Source: Paragordius varius
Lineage: Eukaryota; Animalia; Nematomorpha
Length of the DNA stretch: 64,000 bases
Reading direction: 5' to 3'
Assembly: GCA_964247055.1 (NCBI GenBank)
Contig: OZ176054.1
Location: 5,332,001 to 5,396,000 of the forward strand
Under the pieces are notes generated by a model. That model was not told where the DNA came from, did not search any database, and saw only the letters and a program-made list of their open reading frames with translations. Shown piece by piece: positions 52,760 to 64,000 of this stretch (position 1 is its first letter; every line of letters begins with the position of its first letter). The position numbers and the translations under genes were made by a program.

Positions 52760-52857
52760 TCAGTGACAATGATGATGGAAAAATTGCGTAGTTTCGGGGT
52801 TGGAACTCTGGCCCGCAGTGTAAGAGTCCGACGCCCTACTTACTATACCATCACGCC
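52760..52857 (-). mobile_element. tRNA-derived SINE copy 2 (uninterrupted)
   Basis: ggcgtgatggtatagtaagtagggcgtcggactcttacactgcgggccagagttccaaccccgaaactacgcaatttttccatcatcat; closely matches the rejoined copy 1. Confidence 0.75.
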
Positions 52858-53779
52858 TTCATATATATATATATATATATATTGTGAACTTTTAAATAAT
52901 ATTTTCAAAGCATTGAACTTTCATCCAAAATATTATTTAACCTAATGGGCGCTAATATTGCATTTCAATATGGATCAATTAGCAGAGAATTGTAAAAATA
53001 TTTTTGATAAATGACTCCTAACGCTCAAAACCGAAAGCATCATATACTTTATCTATCAAATTTTATCAAGATCTTTTGTGCGCACTGTATACATATTTAG
53101 GTGCATTTTTTCCAAATATTAATGTTTTCAATTAGACAAATATATTATTTAGACACCTCTATAAAGTTATGAAATAGGCCATTTTTATATATATTGTTAT
53201 AATGGGATCCATAGTGATTGATCGCTTTAGGTTACATAGTTTAAATCGGCTTCTATCATAAAAAGGAATTTTATTATAATATGTTAAATATTTATAATTT
53301 TCAATCAAATTTAAATTCTTGCAAAAAAGAGGAGTCTTATGAGTGTGATATCAAATTGTAATAGTTTTTATATAAATGCACAAGTTTGAATTTACATAAA
53401 CATGGATCATTATAAATACAACAATCAAAATATAACATAGTTTACAAATCTTTTAAAATATTTTACCTACTAAACATCTTGTCATCATCAAAATGATAAA
53501 TATACTATTTTATGTTCGATGTGTCTTTGGGAAAAAAGTCGGGTGTAAGAAGGAGAAGGAAACGCCACATGAAAGTAAATAATAATTAAATGATTCCGAA
53601 AAAAATGACTTTTAATATTTTTTTTATATGGCATAAAACCCCAGAAAGTTAATGAAGAAAAAACTTTAATTTCAATGAATAAAATATTAAAAACTTTAAT
53701 TTCAATGAATAAAATATTAATAATAATATACTTAAAACTTTTATTTTATAAAGTAAAATAATTAAAGTTCTAAATGTGT

Positions 53780-55913
53780 TTAAAGAAACTGCCCGCATAT
53801 AGGGTTTTTTGAATTGTTTTCCATTATTTTATCAAGGGTAATCTGACTTTCACCTCTGTTTTCTTTTGTAAGACTATATTTACCGGTTTTAGACTTCAGC
53901 TTGGGCCAATGTAGGATTGGTTTACTCCGTAAAATTGTGGGTCTAATCATTGTTTCCGAAACAACTTCTTCATGATGGATTAAACTCACTTTTTTAAAGA
54001 CTACATTTAAATTGTTTTCCATTATTCAATCAAGGGTAATCTGACTTTCACCTCTGTTTTCTTTTGTAAGACTATATTTACCGGTTTTAGACTTCAGCTT
54101 CGGCCAATGTAGGATTGATTTAGTCCGTATGATTGTGGGTCTAATCATTGTTTCCGAATCAACATCATCATGATGGATTAAAATCACTTTTTTTAGGACT
54201 ACATTTGAATAGTTTTTCATTATTTTATCAAGGGTAATCTGACTTTCACCTCTGTTTTCTTTGTAAGCTATATTTACCGGTTTTAGACTTCAGTTTCGGC
54301 CAATGTAGGATTGGTTTTGTCTGTATGATTGTGGGTCTAATCATTGTTTCCGAATCAACTTCTATGGATTAAACTCACTTTTTTAAGGACTACATTTGAA
54401 TTGTTTTCCATTATTCCATCAAGGGTTATTTAACTTTGACCTCTTGCTTTTGTAAGACTATATTTACCGGTTTTAGACTTCAGTTTCGGCCAATGTAGGA
54501 TTGATTTAGTCCGTATGATTGTGGGTCTAATCATTGTTTCCGAATCAACATCATCATGATGGATTAAAATCACTTTTTTTAGGAGTACATTTGAATAGTT
54601 TTTCATTATTCCATCAAGGGTAATCTGACTTTCACCTCTGTTTTCTTTGTAAGCTATATTTACCGGTTTTAGACTTCAGTTTCGGCCAATTTGGTTTTGT
54701 CTGTATGATTGTGGGTCTAATCATTGTTTCCGAATCAACTTCTATGGATTAAACTCACTTTTTTAAGGACTACATTTGAATTGTTTTCCATTATTCCATC
54801 AAGGGTTAATTAACTTTGACCTCTTGCTTTTGCAAGACTATATTTACCGGTTTTAGACTTCAGTTTCGGCCAATGTAGTATTGATTTAGTCCGTATGATT
54901 GTGGGTCTAAAAAATCACTTTTTTAAGGACTACATTTGAATCGTTTTCCATTATTCCATAAGAGTAATCTGACTTTCGCCTCTGTTTTCTTTTGTAAGAC
55001 TATATTTATCGGTTTTAGACTTCAGTTTGGGCCAATGTAGGATTGGTTTACTCCGTAAAATTGTGGGTCTAATCATTGTTTCCGAAACAACTTCTTCATG
55101 ATGGACTAAACTCACTTTTTTTAAGACTACATTTAAATTGTTTTCCATTATTCAATCAAGGGGTAATCTGACTTTCACCTCTGTTTTCTTTTGTAAGCTA
55201 TATTTACCGGTTTTAGACTTCAGTTTCGGCCAATGTAGGATTGGTTTTGCCCGTATGATTGTGGGTCTAATCATTGTTTCCGAATCAACTTCTATGGATT
55301 AAACTCACTTTTTTAAGGACTACATTTGAATTGTTTTCCATTATTCCATCAAGGGTTATTTAACTTTGACCTCTTGCTTTTGTAAGACTATATTTACCGG
55401 TTTTAGACTTCAGTTTCGGCCAATGTAGGATTGGTTTTGTCTGTATGATTGTGGGTCTAATCATTGTTTCCGAATCAACTTCTTCATGATGGATTAAACT
55501 CACTTTTTTAAGGACTACATTTGAATCGTTTTCCATTATTTTATCAAGGGTAATCTGACTTTCACCTCTGTTTTCTTTTGTAAGACTATATTTACCGGTT
55601 TTAGACTTCAGTTTGGGCCAATGTAGGATTGGTTTACTCCGTAAAATTGTGGGTCTAATCATTGTTTCCGAAACAACTTCTTCATGATGGATTAAACTCA
55701 CTTTTTTAAAGACTACATTTAAATTGTTTTCCATTATTCAATCAAGGGTAATCTGACTTTCACCTCTGTTTTCTTTTGTAAGACTATATTTACCGGTTTT
55801 AGACTTCAGCTTCGGCCAATGTAGGATTGGTTTAATCCGTAAAATTGTGGGTCTGATCATTGTTTCCGAATCAACTTCTTCATGATGGATTAAACTCACT
55901 TTTTTAAGGACTA
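53780..55913 (-). repeat. Tandem array of ~11 copies of a 195/198-bp unit with coding potential (left arm, minus orientation)
   Basis: The unit translates MENNSNVVLKKVSLIHHEEVDSETMIRPTIIRTKPILHWPKLKSKTGKYSLTKENRGESQITLDGI. Spacings are ~160-198 bp with recurring small deletions. The last unit reads into a unique NNSKNPICGQFL*. Confidence 0.95.
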
Positions 55914-55987
55914 CTCATAAACTATAATTTAGATTGCCAATATGAGAAAAAGGGTGGTGATTCGTTTGCTAATCTTCCACTAGAAAC

Positions 55988-57046
55988 GAAAACAATTCAA
56001 ATGTAATCCTTAAAAAAGTGAGTTAAATCCATCATGAAGAAGTTGATTCGGAAACAATGATTAGACCCACAATTTTACGGATTAAACTAATCCTACATTG
56101 GCCGAAACCGAAGTCTAAAACCGGTAAATATAGTCTTACAAAAGCAACCAGAGGTAAAAGTCAGATTACCCTTGATGGAATAATGGAAAACAATTCAAAT
56201 GTAGTCCTTAATAAAGTGGGTTTAATCCATCAAGAAGAAGGTGATTCGGAAACAATGATTAGACCCACAATCATACGGACTAATTCAATCTACATTGCCG
56301 GAACTGAAGTCTAAAACCGGTAAATACAGTCTTACAAAAGCAAGAGGTCAAAGTCAGATAACCCTTGATGGAATAATGGAAAACAATTCAAATGTAGTCC
56401 TTAAAAAAGTGAGTTTAATCCATCATGAAGAAGTTGATTCGGAAACAATGATTAGACCCACAATTTTACGGACTAAACCAATCCTACATTGGCCGAAACT
56501 GAAGTCTAAAACCGGTAAATATAGTCTTACAAAAGAAAGAGGTCAAAGTCAGATAACCCTTGATGGAATAATGGAAATCAATTCAAATGTAGTCCTTAAA
56601 AAAGTGAGTTTAATTTATCATGAAGAAGTTGATTTGGAAACATTGATTAGACCCACAATCATACGGACTAAACCAATCCTACATTGGCCGGAACTGAAGT
56701 TTAAAACCGGTAAATATAGTCTTACAAAAGAAAGAGGTCAAAGTCAGATAACCCTTGATGGAATAATGGAAAACGATTCAAATGTAGTCCTTAAAAAGTG
56801 AGTTTAATCCATCATGAAGAAGTTGATTCGGAAACAATGATTAGACCCACAATCATACGGACTAAATCAATCCTACATTGGCCGGAACTGAAGTCTAAAA
56901 CCGGTAAATATAGTCTTAAAAAAGAGAACAGAGGTGATAGTCAGATTACCCTTGATGGAATGTTATTATCATCTGTTGTTTCACATAAATTAGTCATTTC
57001 GATGGCTACGAATTTCATAGCGAAATTTGGTGCTAAATTTATTTAA
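55988..57046 (+). repeat. Tandem array of ~5 copies of the same unit (right arm, plus orientation), ORF continuing into unique sequence
   Basis: Unit starts at ~55990, 56183, 56376, 56571 and 56766. The last unit runs into MLLSSVVSHKLVISMATNFIAKFGAKFI* (57046). Confidence 0.95.
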
Positions 57047-57967
57047 AATATGCACGGGTATATAATTTAATTTTTGTTTACTTACAGATCCATTCTGGTA
57101 TCGTTTCTAATATTTATAATTAAATTTATTGCAAACTCAAAAAGTCGAATAAAAATTTTCTTCTAAAAATGATTAAAAATCATAAATCAAAATCATTGAT
57201 AATCCATATTATGGGTTAATCACACGAGGCGTGCTTTTTTATTAACACTGACAAATTCAAATTATAAAATGCCATTTATTAACGAGCATAAAAATATAAT
57301 ATATCTTAATACGATTGTTTTAATGACAACGAAAATAGCACGGGGTACACCCCTTTGTACAATTGGTGAACCAATTGTCAGAGTACCGTGAGCTATATAA
57401 GTATTGGGAAAAACCTTTTAAAACTTTTTCTAATAAAATTGATTGGAAATGTTTGTATATATATTTGTATGTAAATAAAATATTATTATGATTAATTTTT
57501 AACTGTAAGTTAGTGTTTAAATTATCTTATCAGAAAAAAAGGAATTAAAAAAAAATACCGTACATAACCTGCGCTTTGGAAAGGACATTATTGTTTGATT
57601 TTTGGAACAGAGGTTTGATATTAATAGAGTTGTTGATAAGCGACAATAGTTTTAATAAAATAAAACGTTAACGACAAAAAAATAATTTAACCGAGCAGAC
57701 GATAACCCAAATAAAATTTATAAGAATATATGGAAGATTATTAAATAAATAATTTAGTATAAAAATGTACTTATCTTTGATTTTCCTGTGGCATAGGTAC
57801 TGTTCCCCTAAATAACTGAAGTTTTACGGGTGACTCAACTTTTATAATAAAAGGATTCATTTACGAGTACCGTAAAACTTCATCAGGGTAATAAGCCTCT
57901 TTAGATTGCACTTTTTACAAATGAAGAATCATCCATATTCCTAAAGTATAAATATGTAAAATGTATT

Positions 57968-58050
57968 TGATGGCTTTAGTGTGTTCTTCTCATATTCAAA
58001 AGGCAGACCGATGGCTTTGGTGAGTTCTTCACATATTCAAAAGGCAGACG
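57968..58050. repeat. 41-bp tandem duplication just upstream of SAMHD1
   Basis: gatggctttRgtgWgttcttcWcatattcaaaaggcagac occurs twice. Confidence 0.8.
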
Positions 58051-58200
58051 ATTTCGACCGAATCGCGAAAAGTCCTACGATTGTTTTATATTAAAATATA
58101 ACTTATGCGCACATGTGGTTTTTAATGTTTGGAAACGAATGTTTTCTCATCCAGATGTTTTGTAACGACAAACCGATTTTAAATTTTAGTGACAATCGGG

Positions 58201-58790
58201 ATGTCTGAAAAATTGGTATAATTAATTAATATAAGTAGAAACCTAATACGGATATTATGAAAGTATTATAAATTAACCAAAGGTATTTAACGACTGCATA
58301 CATGGTTTAATTGAGATACCAGATGTATGTTTAAGAATTATAGACACCCCAGAATTTCAGAGATTGCGAGATATCAAACAATTAGGTGGTTGTTTTTGGG
58401 TATTTCCTGGGGCAACCCATACACGATTTGAACATTCATTAGGGTTGTATATTAATATAATTTAGCGTTTGCCATTTAGCTGGAAAAATGGTTCGCCATC
58501 TTCAAAGAACACACGCCAATATTGACTATATAGATATATATTGCTTGGAAATAGCTGCACTTTGTCATGATTTAGGTAATTTTATAAAATTTGTTTTTTA
58601 ACTAAGCTGATTATGACATATAAGATGAAAAATAAATTACGCATCAGGCCTTTATTAGCTAATTAGATTATTTTATTTTTTAAAACTTGTCTTAAATGTA
58701 CATTTTAATGAAAAATTATAGTCACAATGTTTAGAATTTATTACAAGTTCCATGTTTTATAAAATGTTTCTAAGACCAATTACTCTTTCT

Positions 58791-58824
<34 letters not shown>

Positions 58825-60874
58825 GGAGCATGTCGTATTCATTAGCATTTTATACATCATTTTAAATTTTAAGAAAAGAAAAACACATTTGTGGTTATTA
58901 TGCCAATAAGTAATTTGCACATCAATTAGTCTTTTTTCGTTTATTTTGTAAAAAAAGTTTTGACTCACCAATTTTTACCAAATTATTAGTTTAAATCCTG
59001 AAGCCACACATATAATAGAAACCCTAAAATATTATTTAAATATATCAAAGAAATATACACATGGGCACTAGGGTTCAGGGTATCCTCCATAATGCATAAT
59101 TTAGTATAGTAACATTTGTTCATGCTCTATTAGTTTGGTATAAAAAAAGTGTTTTTTATTAAATAATTTAAATGGATTTTTTATTATTTGGAAAATTTGC
59201 TATAATTCATCAAATGTGTAATGTTTTCAATTTATGATATAAAAATTACATCTAATTAACAGTGTTATTCGTTTATCTTTATAGTTTTATCGAAATGCCC
59301 TACCTTGTGTAGTTTAAATTTGGTGAATATAGTTACATATTTTTAATTATACTTTAAGTTTGATGATTGTATGTTTAATATAAAACTTGAAAAGCATTGG
59401 AAAATTATTTTTCATGATTGCACTCAAATTATTACAAATACTGTTTAAGCTTTATATTGTAATTTATATGCAATTTTAGGTCATGGACCATTTTCTCATT
59501 TGTTTGATGGGCTCTTTCTACCAAACGTGTCAAATAGTGAATGGACAGTAATGATTTTTTTCTTTTAACAATTTTAGCATGAAATTGGATCGATTGAAAT
59601 GTTAGATCATATATTATCAACTAATACCTCAGTAAAGAATGTGTTTCACGAATATGGTTTGAAAGATGTTGATATTGTGTTTATTATGGAATTAATAGTT
59701 GGTGGTCCATTAAATGCCAAATTTTATGAAAAATATGGTATATCTATCATACCAGTATGATATATGTGTATTATAATTATATCTTAGGATGCATTATATC
59801 AAGGGAGAGAAAATTCAAAACAATTTTTATACCAAGTTTTATTTTTGATCACATTTAACATTTATCGTCCTAGATTGTGAATAACCATTTATCTGGCATA
59901 GATGTAGATAAATGGGATTATTTCGCTCGTGATTCACATTATTTGGGAATCAAAAACAATTTTGATCATAACCGAATTATTGCAAACAGCAAAATTATAC
60001 ATCATAACCATCAATATATTATTGGTTATAGGGATAAAGTAACTCACTAGATCTCTATTTAATGTAGGAAGCCAAAAATTTATATGATATGTTTTACATA
60101 AGAGATTTATTACATCGCCGAGTTTATCGACACAATGTTTCAGTGGCTGTGGAACTTATGTAATTTATTTAATGTATAAATAAAGGATATGTGACGCTTT
60201 AACCCTTGCAAATGATCACATTTTATTTAATGGGAAAAAGTTTGTGACACATTAATATCTATTGTAGGTTATCAAATGTAATACATGACATGCCTACTTA
60301 TGCTCAATTATCCGATTATATTTTTTACCAAATTTTACATTCCAAAACTCGTGAACTCGAAAATGCACGTTTACTTTTAAAGAGAATTCAAACACGTTCT
60401 TTATATAAATATGTTGGTCGTATACAATTATCAAGGTTACCAAATCAGAATATAAAAGTATTAAAAGATACTTATGTATGTGTTTTAGGACCTCTTTTTA
60501 CTCATAAAATCTCAACTCATAAACGGGTATAACGATAGTCACCGAGAACATATTTCACCCGAAGATGTTGGCTTCTACGTAAAAGCTTAAATATTTACTT
60601 TTAGCACGTTGATTTAAATTATGGCATGCTTGATCGTAATCCGTTGGAAAATGTAATTTTTTTCACCAAAGAAAATGAAATCAAAAAAATTGAAAAATCC
60701 GAAGTATTATATCGCCTTGTTTAATTTTAGGTTTCAAAAATGTTACCAAACGTTTTCAATGAATCAATAATTAAAATGTATTTCAAAAGTGAATCTTTAC
60801 CTATATTCAATGAACTGAAAAAATTTTGTGATCATTGGATTAATCATATAGAATTTGATAAATATATTACCTAG
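58201..60874 (+). CDS. SAMHD1: dNTP triphosphohydrolase SAMHD1 (HD domain only, no SAM domain)
   Basis: [12 protein letters not shown]...[18 protein letters not shown]...[102 protein letters not shown]; ends KYIT*. HD metal ligands intact. Confidence 0.95.
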
Positions 60875-61249
60875 CAAACATATGAATTATAATAGAATTT
60901 CAAAATATATATTTGCTTAGCAAAATTATATATATTATAATAAATAATATCGAGAACTATGCATGGATTTAAGTTATTAAAAGCAAATAAAATAAAAGTT
61001 ATAATCAAAAAGTGCTAATATTCTTTTAAGAGGCGTCAATCAAGAAGAGGCCAGTTATTATCTTTATATTTTGTAATGCTATTGAACGTGTTTATGAAGC
61101 GTAATCTGCGATGTTTTATGGAATATAATTACTTTCAAACTTTTTGTTCAAAATAAAAGCTTAAAAGGCATTATTAATCCGAATCTTTCTTAAATAAATT
61201 ATTTGTTAAAAAGAATCATTTTCTGCCTCTATACACTACTAAAATTTTA

Positions 61250-62420
61250 CCGCTTAAGTCCAAATTAGTGATATTTTGGATGTAAGTTTGGTTAGAATAC
61301 TAATGTAATATTTATTCATTGGAAGTCCAATTTTTGTTGGTTGAACATATTTAACAGAGAATGACGATCGAAGTTATACATGGGTAGTTCCATATAATTT
61401 TTTTTCAAGTTCATTGCCAAGTATAAATTTAAAAATTTTGTTCAAAAAAATATCAATTTTATAAAGGTTTTATAATCAAATTTTTGAAATTTAATTCCAA
61501 ATTTTTTTTGGGTCGTGTTTTGGATGGTGTAAACCCTTGAATGTACCACGTTTGGCTGGTTTAGCTATTTTTAGATTAATCCATCTCCTTTTTCTACCAG
61601 GGGTCTCTGCAGCATTTAATAATTGATGGCTTGTGTTTCGATTGTTTTTTTGACGTTATTTCTCTTTAACGAAAAATATATGCATCTTTTGCAATTCAGT
61701 TAAATTACCTTTTCTAGTATATTTGGCATTTCCACCAGGAACTCGAAGTTTAGTTTGATTATGACATTTTAACGACAAATCAATTATTAGACAAATCCAA
61801 GAACTGTTTAAAGAATTAATAAACTTTACCCAATATATTTGTCCAAGATGTCGCGTGCGTATGACAAACATCTTTGAAACAATTGCAAAGCTTGTAGACA
61901 TGGAGTGGTAAGTAATACTCAATATAGCCACGCAAATTTATTCTCCATTTTATGGTTTTTGAATAAATACCATGCATTTATATTGAGTGATGATAAAGGT
62001 GTCATGCAGAAGCATTGATTGATTTTTTTGAAGGGTTGAAAGGTGCTTGTAAAACTTTCCGCGAGATCCTTTGATTGAAAGGGAGTTAGGTGCAAATACT
62101 TTATCAATTGTAAACAATTTTATATATTCTGTTCTTGTGAACCTAAGGACAAAGTTTAATTAACATCGAAATACTTAACGTAAAAATAAAGGCCGCTAAA
62201 GATAATACAGAAGGTGCGCCCATCTCCTGCTAATGATACATGATATACACTTAATTACCAGATCATTGTCGCAAAGCTCCCAAGGGTTCGCACGGAACGC
62301 GTACATAATGAATAAATAAAATCTTAAAATTAGGTTTTTTAGTTTTCTTCCGGGAAAGCGAGCATAATTGAGATGTATAGTTCCGTTAAAATAAGTCTAG
62401 CAAGAACAATAATTGTATAT
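61250..62420 (-). CDS. Unidentified multi-exon gene convergent with SAMHD1
   Basis: Exon-like TYFNGTIHLNYARFPGRKLKNLILRFYLFIMYAFRANPWELCDNDL|QEMGAPSVLSLAAFIF..., CLQALQLFQRCLSYARDILDKYIG and AETPGRKRRW, with GT..AG mini-introns. Family not recognised. Confidence 0.45.
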
Positions 62421-62744
62421 GTCCCAATTAAAATTTACAATGAAGTCATTAACCTGTACCTATTTTTTGAGAAGTGATCATAATTTTTAATTAATCATTG
62501 CAATGTGCTATTCTATGCTATTTAGATACATTTTAGAGATATAGTATAAACCATCATCTTTAATGATTTCAAATATAAAGATGCCCAAAAACTTAACATA
62601 CAACCAATAGATTTTTTATAAAAGATTATTAAATTACCTTAAACAGAAATTTCACCAAAAATAACGTTTATTAATAGTTTTTAGTTGATAAGTGGTACCT
62701 TTTAAAACAAATCTATATATTTATAAAAATGGAAAATGCTGGCT

Positions 62745-64000
62745 TTGTGATCTGGTACAGGAAAACCGGTAGACCCAATCAAATCCAAATATCGAAAAAA
62801 TATAATCATTAATAAATGTCCCGACAATAGCTTCGCCCTTTTTTTGAAATATGCCCCCAGTTCGGGCCCACCCCGTATGAAAAACGGGTTTTTTTTGAAA
62901 ACAGAAGTCCACAAAATCGTGTTTTTGAGACAATTTTCCGGAGAACGTGTTGGACCATTCAATTTCAAATATGATTTTTGTTTACTTATTTTCGATTGCG
63001 CCGAACATAGTCGAGTCACTTTTTTGATTTAGGCCCTCTTTTTACCCGCTCCCCCCGTAAAATGCCATTTTTTTCAAAAAACAAAGTCCACAAAAATAAT
63101 TTTTTAAATCGATTTTTCGTCCTAGGTATGAGACCTTAAAAATTCAATAAAGATTCCACGTATTCCCTGTTAAAAGGCAAAAATTTTAGTCCACCGTTTA
63201 TTTGATGATAGCTGCTGGGTAAGGAGCTACCCGCTAAAAACTGATTTTTCATATAACTTTGTGATCTGTTTCCGGAAAACCGGTGAACCCATTCAAATCC
63301 AAACATCGAAAAAATATAATCATTAATGAATGCCCCGACAATAGCTTCGCCCTTTTTTGGAATTAGGTCCCCAGTTTGGGCCCACCCCGTGTGAAAAATG
63401 GGTTAAGTCAATTTTTTGGAGAACGTGTTGGACCATTCAATTTCAAATATGATTTTTGTTTACTTATTTTCGATTGCGCCGAACATAGTCGAGTCACTTT
63501 TTTGATTTAGGCCCTCTTTTTACCCGCTACCCCCGTAAAATGCCATTTTTTTCAAAAAACAAAGTCCACAAAAATAATTTTTTAAATCGATTTTTCGTCC
63601 TAGGTATGAGACCTTAAAAATTCAATAAAGATTCCACGTATTCCCTGTTAAAAGGCAAAAATTTTAGTCCACCGTTTATTTGATGATAGCTGCTGGGTAA
63701 GGAGCTACCCGCTAAAAACTGATTTTTCATATAACTTTGTGATCTGTTTCCGGAAAACCGGTGAACCCATTCAAATCCAAACATCGAAAAAATATAATCA
63801 TTAATGAATGCCCCGACAATAGCTTCGCCCTTTTTTGGAATTAGGTCCCCAGTTTGGGCCCACCCCGTGTGAAAAATGGGTTAAGTCAATTTTTTGGAGA
63901 ACGTGTTGGACCATTCAATTTCAAATATGATTTTTGTTTACTTATTTTCGATTGCGCCGAACATAGTCGAGTCACTTTTTTGATTTAGGCCCTCTTTTTA
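62745..64000. repeat. Tandem array of a ~478-bp unit (satellite or transposon subterminal array), truncated by the window end
   Basis: The anchor ggaaaaccggt recurs at 62760, 63274 and 63752 (spacings 514 and 478). Units 2 and 3 are essentially identical. Internal subrepeats aaagtccacaaaa and ccccgt. Confidence 0.95.

Noticed and set aside
62702-63032. ORFs of 105, 70 and 62 aa at the start of the terminal array
   Set aside because: They lie within the 478-bp satellite, and the frames are not preserved in the next units.

Overview
Very AT-rich eukaryotic (animal) genomic DNA with canonical GT-AG introns that are mostly only about 18-30 nt long, interspersed with a few kb-sized introns filled by transposons. 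This architecture suggests a reduced parasitic metazoan such as a myxozoan cnidarian or a dicyemid, but that is inference. I spliced the exons by hand. Recognisable genes are FDXR (-), DHX37 (+, with a decayed Ty3/gypsy element in an intron), an MZB1/pERp1-like ER protein ending in KDEL (-), a GFRalpha/GAS1-domain protein (+), a Cys-rich VWC-like membrane protein (+), a multi-Ig-domain protein (-), Rab18 (+, with the catalytic Gln replaced by Glu), RPS15A (+), NudE/NDEL1 (+), RPL38 (-) and SAMHD1 (+, no SAM domain). Several further spliced coding islands could not be identified. Mobile DNA includes a near full-length decayed RTE LINE with an HDV-like ribozyme fold at its 5' end, two hAT elements with 8-bp TSDs, mariner and gypsy remnants, a tRNA-derived SINE and several MITE families, including a three-level nest. 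The most unusual structure is a pair of head-to-head tandem arrays (53.8-57.0 kb) of a 195/198-bp unit that is a stop-free 65/66-codon reading frame. A 478-bp satellite runs off the right end. No CRISPR array, rRNA or intact tRNA was seen.
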